Shown: piece after piece, positions 19,053 to 27,519 of the stretch
How the letters are laid out: each line of letters starts with the position of its first letter
Numbering within the stretch: the stretch's first letter is position 1
Origin: a virus
Lineage: Duplodnaviria; Caudoviricetes
DNA length: 64,000 bases
Strand: one strand, 5' to 3'
IMG/VR virus record: IMGVR_UViG_3300013800_000006
Coordinates: 11,926 to 75,925 of that record
The notes under the pieces: generated by a model
Database searches by the model: none
What the model was told of the DNA's origin: nothing
Seen by the model: only the letters and a program-made list of their open reading frames with translations
Translations under genes and position numbers: made by a program

Positions 19053-21053
19053 TCATCTGAACGATTTATGATCTAAAGGAACTCGTATCCCTAATAAAAC
19101 TTCCCATTCTTCTTGAGTTAAATTTACCGTAAATCCAGCTTCTTGTCTAGCAATAGTAGGCAAAGTATTAATAGCTTCAACTGATACTAAGCCGCCCGGA
19201 GTGCAATACGCTAAAACACACGAATCAAAGTAGTCCGGTGAACGGCCTAAAATTAATTTTAAATCTTCTTTTGACCAAATCTGTATTTTTCCAGAAGATT
19301 GAGATATTTTATACCGCATAATATTAATATCTTGCTTTAGATACTCCATAATATCCAAATCATTGACGACTACATCGGCCAATCCAACAGCTCCAGTTTC
19401 CATTAATCGTCTAAAATTCCAACATTGCTCTGCCCGTAAATTCAAATATCGGTCTGGATCAACAACAGCTTTTTCAGCATTATTAACGGCAATAACCGGT
19501 AAATCAATTTCTTCCAATTCCACACACCGGTCATACACACCTGCACCAATACCAATCACGTCAATTTTTATTGCAGTAACCGGCATACCATAAAATTCTT
19601 CAACTTCCCGCACAAATTCCACCAAAGCACCTACCACTTCCATCGTATCATGACCAGTCAACCGATGGATTCGCAATGCTTTTGTTCCAGAACGCGCAAA
19701 AAATACGGTACTGTCCAACCCAGAACGTGCTACGTCTACACCAATCTCAATTGTACCATCAACTTCACCCGCATTTTCAAAAGCAGGTTGAACAAATTGA
19801 TATGGAACAACCGTCATTTGTGAAGATTCAACAAACTCGGCATCAATAAAAATCTTATATAATGGATCATCTTTACCCCAAGCTTCTGTTCGTCTTTTTA
19901 CCCAATCAAACGATACTAAACCAGGATAAATATCACGACCTTCTACTACATTAGGACTTTCCGATGCACGAATCTTAATAATATTCCATTTACCAAACCT
20001 TGTTTTACGACCTGGGATGCAAATATTAGCCATTTCACTATCTGAAATAGCCGTATTTGAAATAACCAACCATTTACAATTCGCTGAAGTCATTAAACCT
20101 TCAGCCGATTCCCATAAAGCCGTTGGAATACCCGCAGCCTGATCAAAAATAACCATCTGATTAGGTGAGTGATAACCCGTAAACTTATCAGTATTATCCT
20201 CATCCGTACTAAAACCCACTGCAAAGTGGTCTGTGCTGAGTGTTAAAGATAGCTGTAATGGTTTACCACCTAACGGAACTTTAGCTTTTTTATGAGCAGT
20301 TCTTAACTCAGCCCATAATAAGTCACGCACCTGACGCGAAGTAGGTGCTGTAGAGATTACTTTAGCAGGTCTAAAACAATACAAAAACCATAATGCAATA
20401 CGAGCAGCCAAGAAAGTATTGTGCTCTACAAAAGTTGTAAGATATGTACTATAACCAGGTACACAAACCCCTACTGTCGGCTGACTACCCCTGTATCGAA
20501 GATACTCAACACGCTGCCAGCTATAACCCGGTGGAAGATACTCATTTTGTACAAATAATCCTCCAACTGAAGTTTTAGCTGCAACCCACATTCCACTTCT
20601 TAAATTTTCAACACTTACCCAATCAGCTAATTTTCTAGTTATATCTAATTTAGAACTAGAAACCCACAATGGGTGATTACCAGTTCTAATAATACTTAAT
20701 CCAGCATCAGTCATTACTTCATAAACAGGTTTAAGTCCATTATCTTCAGCAAATGCATTTGAAACATGCACGGTATTTGTAACCGAGTCCCATGCTAACA
20801 CTTCAAATGATTTTCCAATTAATGATTCAATTAGTACAACATTTCCATTAGCGAGTACCATTTGCTCGCCATAAGCCATACATTTCCCAACGCCATACGA
20901 GGCGGGGCACGCTGTCCGCTCATTCTCCACAATTGAATAACAAATATCTTCCTGTTTTGACCAAAGGCGGTCCCCCAAAACTTCGGAAATCCACCAAACA
21001 GGGTCTCTTTGACCACGTAAAATAAGCGATTGTTGCCAAGATTTACTATTCAT
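19053..21053 (-). CDS. terL: Terminase large subunit with mini-intein
   Basis: Walker A ASYGVGK/T, Walker B-like VIFDQA, nuclease GVDVARSGLDSTV and SPDYFDS. Start placed at ATG 21053, overlapping the upstream stop. Confidence 0.9.
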   Translation of the reverse strand: MNSKSWQQSLILRGQRDPVWWISEVLGDRLWSKQEDICYSIVENERTACPASYGVGKCMAYGEQMVLANGNVVLIESLIGKSFEVLAWDSVTNTVHVSNAFAEDNGLKPVYEVMTDAGLSIIRTGNHPLWVSSSKLDITRKLADWVSVENLRSGMWVAAKTSVGGLFVQNEYLPPGYSWQRVEYLRYRGSQPTVGVCVPGYSTYLTTFVEHNTFLAARIALWFLYCFRPAKVISTAPTSRQVRDLLWAELRTAHKKAKVPLGGKPLQLSLTLSTDHFAVGFSTDEDNTDKFTGYHSPNQMVIFDQAAGIPTALWESAEGLMTSANCKWLVISNTAISDSEMANICIPGRKTRFGKWNIIKIRASESPNVVEGRDIYPGLVSFDWVKRRTEAWGKDDPLYKIFIDAEFVESSQMTVVPYQFVQPAFENAGEVDGTIEIGVDVARSGLDSTVFFARSGTKALRIHRLTGHDTMEVVGALVEFVREVEEFYGMPVTAIKIDVIGIGAGVYDRCVELEEIDLPVIAVNNAEKAVVDPDRYLNLRAEQCWNFRRLMETGAVGLADVVVNDLDIMEYLKQDINIMRYKISQSSGKIQIWSKEDLKLILGRSPDYFDSCVLAYCTPGGLVSVEAINTLPTIARQEAGFTVNLTQEEWEVLLGIRVPLDHKSFR
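20418..20882 (-). mobile_element. Mini-intein (155 aa) in the TerL P-loop
   Basis: GVGK|CMAYGEQ...TGNHPLW...TTFVEHN|TFLAAR. Cys1, block B TxxH, terminal His-Asn, +1 Thr; no endonuclease domain. Confidence 0.9.
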
Positions 21054-21528
21054 GACGATCATCCAAAATAGAATCATCGATTTCGGACTGACCTAACAAA
21101 TCACTCCATGTTTTCGGTGTATTATCCGATGATTCATCTTCAATTTGCGAATTAGCTGTCGTTGTTGCTGCCACAAGATGTTGATATGCTTGAGCTAAAG
21201 CCCGCATATCGGCTGGCGATTTTACTTCAAATGGTAAACCCAAAGACTTATTACTCATATTATCTACTAATCGAGCAATCTGATTAGTCAATTGATCTCT
21301 AATCTTAGAGGTTTTACGCTTATAAAGGCGTAAACGCAAACGTTCTTCATCAGCATCTCGTGCATCAGCTAATTGTTCCCAACCATTCGCCGCTGCTAAT
21401 GCATTTAATTCCATAAAGTCAATACCCGTAGTCTGTGACAACTTGTTAAGACTACGGGTAACACCTAAAGAATAATATTTTTCAAAAAGCTCTTTGACTT
21501 TGGCCGGTCCTAAATGAAAGCTCATCAC
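21046..21528 (-). CDS. Putative terminase small subunit
   Basis: 160 aa with an HTH-like N-terminus, directly upstream of and overlapping terL. Confidence 0.6.
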   Translation of the reverse strand: MMSFHLGPAKVKELFEKYYSLGVTRSLNKLSQTTGIDFMELNALAAANGWEQLADARDADEERLRLRLYKRKTSKIRDQLTNQIARLVDNMSNKSLGLPFEVKSPADMRALAQAYQHLVAATTTANSQIEDESSDNTPKTWSDLLGQSEIDDSILDDRHE

Positions 21529-21534
21529 AGTAAC

Positions 21535-21867
21535 TCAATAGTTGGTAGAATAAAGACTAGAACGCCTACTCATAGATGGCCCAACCAAACTCCTTACATT
21601 AGGAATAGTTACTAAGCCTCTAGATAACGCTTTGTACAAAGAAGTCAAAGCTTTTACATCTAATTTATGTAAATTTTGGTCAAATAATTGTTGTAATTGA
21701 TTACAAACATCAACACCAAGTTGATCTACACATGACAAATACCTAACCAATGTGCCCGATTTAATAAGATTAATAACAACGCATTCATCAGGATTAGCTA
21801 ACAACTTATGAATGTTAGCCACAACAGCTTTACTCAATTTCATAATTAAAATCGTCTCCATCATCAT
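21535..21867 (-). CDS. Hypothetical protein
   Basis: 110 aa, co-oriented and tightly packed. Confidence 0.5.
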   Translation of the reverse strand: MMMETILIMKLSKAVVANIHKLLANPDECVVINLIKSGTLVRYLSCVDQLGVDVCNQLQQLFDQNLHKLDVKALTSLYKALSRGLVTIPNVRSLVGPSMSRRSSLYSTNY

Positions 21868-22261
21868 GTTCTAATAAACGACCGGCTACTTGCAAATCTT
21901 CTTGATTGCTATGTACAGATTGTCCAGCCGCATCTAACAATCCATCATGTGTAGAAACTAAAGCACGGACATGCCTTAGCATCGTTCCAAACCCCATAAC
22001 ATTACGAATGGCTGTCTGCTGATTGCGAGTTAAGATTTCCAACAAAGTAACTTGTTGGTTAGTATCCATATTTTGAATCACATCAGGATTCAAAAGATGA
22101 TCTTCCAGAATACGCATTGCACCATTAATGCGCTGGAGTCTATCTACTTCTTCATCAGCTTGGCGGAATACAGCTCGGAAGGTGCGATCATAGCTTTGTA
22201 CAGCTAAAGTCGCAAAATTAGGCGTTAATGCTTGACGTTTCACCGGTATACCCCATCTCAT
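21830..22261 (-). CDS. Hypothetical protein
   Basis: 143 aa, co-oriented, with an acidic C-terminus. Confidence 0.55.
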   Translation of the reverse strand: MRWGIPVKRQALTPNFATLAVQSYDRTFRAVFRQADEEVDRLQRINGAMRILEDHLLNPDVIQNMDTNQQVTLLEILTRNQQTAIRNVMGFGTMLRHVRALVSTHDGLLDAAGQSVHSNQEDLQVAGRLLEHDDGDDFNYEIE

Positions 22262-22312
22262 CTTTAGACATGGAGTATACCGGATATGGATTTAAAAAAT
22301 CAATACTTCATC

Positions 22313-25300
22313 CTAACGAATAGGGCACATACCACCGGCACACTCAGCCGATTCAACATCAAAATCATCTAAAACTTTTTCCATATCAATAGGTTGAAGT
22401 GTGTTTGCATACGCTTCAAATACTTCTTGAGTTACAACTTCTTGCGGTAAATAAGGATACCCCAAATCTTCCGCAGTTTTAGTAGGGTCATTTCGTAACA
22501 TAAATGTTGCCGAAACATAACAATCCCAGTTTTTGTGTATCCAATCTACAATTGAACCAATCTCTCCAGGGCTGTATGACACAGTGCTTGAAACATTATG
22601 ATCTATATAATGTTCCATGACCATTTTGTATCGTTCCAATTGTGCAACTGCCGATTCCAAATTAAGAAACCGACTACCAACTTCTGAAAATTCCACATTC
22701 GCAAACTGAACAGGGAATGTAACCAAGATACCGGTAGCATCATACGGATTAATGAAAGTCCGATAACCAGCATCTTGCAACAGTTTAACCACCGGGTCAT
22801 GAATAGAATAATTAATATTATTCAAAATATAACGACCCAGTGGCTTATGTATACCTTCTGTACAATCCGCCAACTTAGACAAAGTACCAGAAGGTTTTGT
22901 AGTTGTTACCGCAGCCGGGTGTTCCATATCCAATCCATCGGCCATACTATTGGCACCATTCCTAGCACATTGATGTAAAACATCAAATGCAGCAGGCTCA
23001 TTGGCAAACTCCCATTGTACAATCCCTGTCAAACCTACTCCACATAAATGTAAATACTCATTCAATTCATGCCATGTTCTTTGTAAAAGACCATCATCCA
23101 AATTGACACAAGACTGACGATAATTTGCACGCGCAATAAGGTATACTGCCCGTTTTAATCCTTCCATATTTCCATTAAATCTCGGTAACACAACCTCACA
23201 CAAATTGCACTGATAAGTCAGCATATTATTAAATACTGCTTTATGCTGAATAGGCTCTTCAAAACAATAAGAAGTATATTCACCTTCCAATGGATAAATA
23301 CGTTTAATGTTTTGATATTTTCCTTTACCAATAGGTGCATGACCCAACTTGGTATTCAATCGTTGGCAAGGTAATTCCGATACATCAGTAATAGAAACGT
23401 ACCAAGATGCTTTAGTACGCTTAAAATTAGATGATTGTCCAACATCCGCCATCAAACATACCGAAGATCGTATGCCATTTTTAGATAACAGTAATTGCAG
23501 CTTACGGATAAAAACTTCATCCGATTGGTAAATACGAATCCCACCAGATTCCGTATTAGAACCGTCACTATCAGCTAAACCGGCTATAAATGCCAGGCAA
23601 GAAGTACGGTCCCATAAAAACACTTCATCAATTGTGGGTAATTTTGTATCTTTTAGCACTACTTTTCGTTGGGGAACATCAGGGTTTTGTCTGTATTGAC
23701 CTTGATATTGAACTCCCCGTAAAGACAGTCCAACTTTTCGTCCATACAATAAGATCACCACATCATCCTTTTCTTCATAACCGTCACCATAACCAAACCC
23801 TAACTCATAAGCCAATTCGACATAAACTCCAGAGTCATTCACCATTTTAAAAGGTTCTGAATGAACCGCATACTTACCAGGATGCTCCATAACAGTCTTA
23901 GCCATTACTTCATGATAATGGTCACTAAATCGTGTTGTAACAGATAATCGATGGTAAGGAGTGCAATCTAAATAACTACCATCAGATAATTCTATTCTCA
24001 ACATTTGCTGATGGTAGCCTGTAATTTGTGGAACAACAACGGCCCACTGCTGCCCATTCCAAACTTCTACTTCCTCACCAACAACATCCGAAATCTTAAC
24101 CAATGCTTCACGAGTAATAAGCCATGTATCACCATGTACACAGAAACCTTTATCACCCAACAAGATTTCACCACAATTTCCAGACACAACCGAACCTAAT
24201 AAAAATGATTGCGTAGTCGGTACACCAGCACAAAACACTGGTTCTATACGATCAGTCAGTTCAACCCGAACAACTCGTAACACTTCCATTTTGTTATACG
24301 GTTGTCTTTTCAATAACTGTGGTTCAAGATACTGCAACAATTTATTGGGGTTGGATATAGTAAATCGATACACATCTTTAGTAGGATATGCTTTATACCC
24401 ACCCTTACCATCCGGCATTTCCTTTTCTCCTGCTGGATGGGTCAAACTGATTTTCCCACGAACACCAATAAGCCTGCATAACTGAGCAAACTCATTCAAA
24501 AATGTCCGATGAATAGATGTAAACTGAATGAGATAACCACGTTCAGCATCTCCACTAAAATGACCATCAGATTCAAGATAGCCACGAATAAATGCTAAAA
24601 TGGTTGGCAAAGTACCACCTAATACGTAATCAGGCACTTTGGACTTATCGGGAACAGCATGACCTAAAATTCTACCAACTACCAGATTTTCTGACCGTTG
24701 GGAAAACTTTAAACCAACTCTTGTAAGTTCTTCAATACATTCCCGTTTCTTAGTATTCAAATTAATTCCAATTTTGGAATTCTCTTTTGAATTATACCAA
24801 GTACCATCTGCAATCAACCATGCATCCAGATAAGCATTATCTGGATCATGAACACTACCAAAACACCCTTCAATGAAAGATGGAGCTAATTGATCATCAA
24901 GTTGCAATTCACCAACTGTAATAAACGATCCATCAATCTTTACAAATCGATGGTACTTAGTTGCATACTCAACCATACCATTACTAAACTCCACTTCATA
25001 TAATGCCTCAGCATCTCCAGTTTTTTCAAACTTGGCTAAAACAACATCACCAGAACCATCTATCACGTCTGCCCATGTACCACTCAATGAGCCGATTCGT
25101 ACAAGACCTTTATCTGGAATACACACCAATGAATCTTTCGCTAAACATGGGTTCATACCATAGAAGTATGGCGCTCTACGCAATGCAGCATCACCGTTCA
25201 CAATTCCGGGTTCACTGCCCCCACCATCTAACATCAAATCGAACACTTCAAATAATTGACTTTTTGAAGGTTTATCATAAAACACCAAAGAATTATTAGA

Positions 25301-25942
25301 TTGACCTCGTTGTGGGTTTAATTGTTGATGATCACGTTTAGCTAATGCAAATTCCCGCCAGTACTTATTAGAATTAGGCATTAGTGCCAATTCAGCAGAT
25401 CGACGAGATGATAAAATAGTCCCCATCCAATTGACAATATCTAAAATGTCCAATTCAGATAACAAACGACCTGCTGCTCTGTTCATGATAGTGCAAATCC
25501 CTTGCAAAGCAATATATAATTGATGATCTCCGCTACTAATCCAACCATAACCTCGTAATCGCTCACCGGCTGGACGTATTTGAGATAAATCAATAATTAG
25601 CTTTTCAGCAGGATGCTTACCCGAAATAAGCTTACCCACTGCTTTCGCCCAAGCTTCAGCACTATCGCCTACTTGCAAAATCCAAGTTTTACTCGCTGAC
25701 AACCATGTTTCCGTATTACGTTCTGCACCACCTTTCTGTGTTCTAGTAGAACGTATAATTTCTATATGAGGGATATGTCGCATAAAGCCATTCAATATCC
25801 CTATAATAGGTCGAAATCCAACTCCACAGTTATGAACAACGACTTTAGATTCACCAACAGTATAAGTATGAGTCTTTTCTACAGACAAATCATATAAAGA
25901 CTCAGAACTTTGTGGTAAACGCTCAACACTTTTTACTTTCAC
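22313..25942 (-). CDS. nrdJ: Class II (B12-dependent, monomeric type) ribonucleotide reductase, C-terminal part, with IntC and two inteins
   Basis: After intein removal reads CGVGFRP...NP/CGEILLGDKGF/CNLCEV...TTTKPSGT...CAGGMCPIR (catalytic NPCxE and C-terminal Cys pair). Confidence 0.9.
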   Translation of the reverse strand: MKVKSVERLPQSSESLYDLSVEKTHTYTVGESKVVVHNCGVGFRPIIGILNGFMRHIPHIEIIRSTRTQKGGAERNTETWLSASKTWILQVGDSAEAWAKAVGKLISGKHPAEKLIIDLSQIRPAGERLRGYGWISSGDHQLYIALQGICTIMNRAAGRLLSELDILDIVNWMGTILSSRRSAELALMPNSNKYWREFALAKRDHQQLNPQRGQSNNSLVFYDKPSKSQLFEVFDLMLDGGGSEPGIVNGDAALRRAPYFYGMNPCLAKDSLVCIPDKGLVRIGSLSGTWADVIDGSGDVVLAKFEKTGDAEALYEVEFSNGMVEYATKYHRFVKIDGSFITVGELQLDDQLAPSFIEGCFGSVHDPDNAYLDAWLIADGTWYNSKENSKIGINLNTKKRECIEELTRVGLKFSQRSENLVVGRILGHAVPDKSKVPDYVLGGTLPTILAFIRGYLESDGHFSGDAERGYLIQFTSIHRTFLNEFAQLCRLIGVRGKISLTHPAGEKEMPDGKGGYKAYPTKDVYRFTISNPNKLLQYLEPQLLKRQPYNKMEVLRVVRVELTDRIEPVFCAGVPTTQSFLLGSVVSGNCGEILLGDKGFCVHGDTWLITREALVKISDVVGEEVEVWNGQQWAVVVPQITGYHQQMLRIELSDGSYLDCTPYHRLSVTTRFSDHYHEVMAKTVMEHPGKYAVHSEPFKMVNDSGVYVELAYELGFGYGDGYEEKDDVVILLYGRKVGLSLRGVQYQGQYRQNPDVPQRKVVLKDTKLPTIDEVFLWDRTSCLAFIAGLADSDGSNTESGGIRIYQSDEVFIRKLQLLLSKNGIRSSVCLMADVGQSSNFKRTKASWYVSITDVSELPCQRLNTKLGHAPIGKGKYQNIKRIYPLEGEYTSYCFEEPIQHKAVFNNMLTYQCNLCEVVLPRFNGNMEGLKRAVYLIARANYRQSCVNLDDGLLQRTWHELNEYLHLCGVGLTGIVQWEFANEPAAFDVLHQCARNGANSMADGLDMEHPAAVTTTKPSGTLSKLADCTEGIHKPLGRYILNNINYSIHDPVVKLLQDAGYRTFINPYDATGILVTFPVQFANVEFSEVGSRFLNLESAVAQLERYKMVMEHYIDHNVSSTVSYSPGEIGSIVDWIHKNWDCYVSATFMLRNDPTKTAEDLGYPYLPQEVVTQEVFEAYANTLQPIDMEKVLDDFDVESAECAGGMCPIR
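23210..24142 (-). mobile_element. Intein 3 of NrdJ (311 aa, LAGLIDADG endonuclease, C-terminal Gln)
   Basis: KGF|CVHGDTWL...CTPYH...ELGFGYGDG...IAGLADSDG...NNMLTYQ|CNLC. Confidence 0.88.
24176..25147 (-). mobile_element. Intein 2 of NrdJ (324 aa, LAGLIDADG endonuclease, ends Gly-Asn)
   Basis: MNP|CLAKDSLV...ATKYH...AWLIADG...IRGYLESDG...VVSGN|CGEI. Confidence 0.88.
25829..25942 (-). mobile_element. Split intein C-half (38 aa) of NrdJ
   Basis: MKVKSVERL...LYDLSVEKTHTYTV...VVVHN|CGVGF at the N-terminus of the ORF. Confidence 0.9.
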
Positions 25943-26371
25943 GATAAATCCTCACAGCTAGTTCTCTAAAAGAATCTTGGGTAATATCACATTCCCAAAC
26001 TCGATAACCTAATGAGACTAAACGTTTTAATCGTCCATCATCTTCTCGCCACTTGGATTTGGCTAACCACCTTGTTACTGGATATTTATATGATTCTTCA
26101 TAAAATTTTGGATTCATGTGCCAAAAATCACCAAAAATCTCAATAACAACATTTAACTCTTTAATAAAACCATCTACTATAAAACTATGTAACATAGTTT
26201 TTTTACGTTTTTCTTTTGTTTCAGAACGTAAAGCAGATAACCTACATGCTTGTTTATGGACATCAGTTTTGGCTTCCGCATGGCATCTTTATGAGCTTGC
26301 GATTGAAAAGTAAGAAAAAATCGCAAGCTCATCAATAGCTTATGTTCCGCAGTGCGAACATAACTACCCAT
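25923..26371 (-). pseudogene. Free-standing Vsr/DUF559-like endonuclease between the NrdJ halves, frameshifted
   Basis: Track ORFs 26177..26371 and 25923..26195 join by a -1 shift near AAGCCAAAAC. This gives ...RSETKEKRKKTML (NUMOD-like) followed by FIVDGF...VIEIFGDFWH...D.RL.RLVSLGYRVWECD. Confidence 0.7.
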
Positions 26372-26999
26372 CCACTAATTCCTTATCATCCAAAAATTGT
26401 GCTTCACACCAACCTTCAGTGGTTAAAAACAAATGATCTTCAGTACAAATAATTGTTTCCCCGTTTTCCAGAGTAATTTTAACTAAAGATTTTGGTGGAT
26501 TAACTATAACAGCTTGTACCTCCGAATGAATAAAACTTTTAGTGAGTTCATCAAAAGATACAACTAAATCACCTGCTTCTAGTAACTCAATAGGCTTAAA
26601 AGAACCATCTGCCATCCCAACTAACGTGCCTTTTACAAAACATCCTTGTAGCAAGAGCCAGAGTGCATCCACAGCATCAAATACTGTTTTAACCGATGTA
26701 AAGCTGCAATTAAAATTGCAGCTTTCTCGTGTTCGGGCTACTTCAGTACCCCCCAACCACAAAGAACGACCTGAAGGAAATGCAGCTCGATTTAAAATTA
26801 ATTCTCGTAACTCAGCTAGTTCGGCTAGTTCTTCATTACTCAAATTCATCCCTTTAGCCCGTTCCCATAACCAAGCTTGGTGCCTGAGCACCCGTGCAAC
26901 TGTTTGAGGCCATGTTTCAAACTCAGTCGCCATTTCATTTAAAGGACGACTGTAACTACGCCGATAAACCAATTGTGAGCGTGTAGACCATTCATTCAT
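26364..26999 (-). CDS. nrdJ: Class II ribonucleotide reductase N-terminal part plus split intein N-half
   Basis: YRRSYSR...TWPQTVARV...FPSGRSLW...FNCSF...WLLLQG followed by intein sequence and a stop codon. Confidence 0.9.
   Translation of the reverse strand: MNEWSTRSQLVYRRSYSRPLNEMATEFETWPQTVARVLRHQAWLWERAKGMNLSNEELAELAELRELILNRAAFPSGRSLWLGGTEVARTRESCNFNCSFTSVKTVFDAVDALWLLLQGCFVKGTLVGMADGSFKPIELLEAGDLVVSFDELTKSFIHSEVQAVIVNPPKSLVKITLENGETIICTEDHLFLTTEGWCEAQFLDDKELVDG
26367..26642 (-). mobile_element. Split intein N-half (92 aa) of NrdJ
   Basis: LLQG|CFVKGTLVGMADG...ICTEDHLFLT...LDDKELVDG stop. Blocks A and B present, no F/G. Confidence 0.9.
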
Positions 27000-27024
27000 T
27001 TTTTCTTCTCCAATTTATAAATTA

Positions 27025-27513
27025 TCAATTAAAACCGTTGGAACCCCAACCCCCAATACGATCTACATCACGAGTCAATTCATCCACAACAGACCAGACA
27101 ACTCGTAACACTGGAACCAATACGGCTTGGCATACAAAATCACCTCTACGAAATGTTAAAGGTACTTCAGATGTATTCCACCCACTTACACCTACCTCTT
27201 GTTGATAATCACTATCAATAAGTCCTACCAAATTGCCCAATACAAAGCCTTTTTTATGCCCCAAACCGCTTTTTGGAATTAAAAGCCAGGCTAGATTTGA
27301 ATCATTAATGTCAATACACAAACCCGTGGGAATTAATACTCGACTTTGTGGCTCAATTATGATAGAATCAGGAATACACGCCCGGAGGTCCATACCGGCT
27401 GATTCTTCAGTCGCATATTTGGGCAAACCATATTGCTTAAAAAATTCTTCATCCAATAACTTTACATTAACTTCTTTTGAACGTGGCATACTTCTTAATC
27501 TCCAAAAAAGCAA
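27025..27513 (-). CDS. dut: dUTPase
   Basis: SAGMDL, PKSGLG, GLIDSDYQ and RIGGWGS trimeric dUTPase motifs. Confidence 0.93.
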   Translation of the reverse strand: MLFWRLRSMPRSKEVNVKLLDEEFFKQYGLPKYATEESAGMDLRACIPDSIIIEPQSRVLIPTGLCIDINDSNLAWLLIPKSGLGHKKGFVLGNLVGLIDSDYQQEVGVSGWNTSEVPLTFRRGDFVCQAVLVPVLRVVWSVVDELTRDVDRIGGWGSNGFN

Positions 27514-27519
27514 AAAAAA

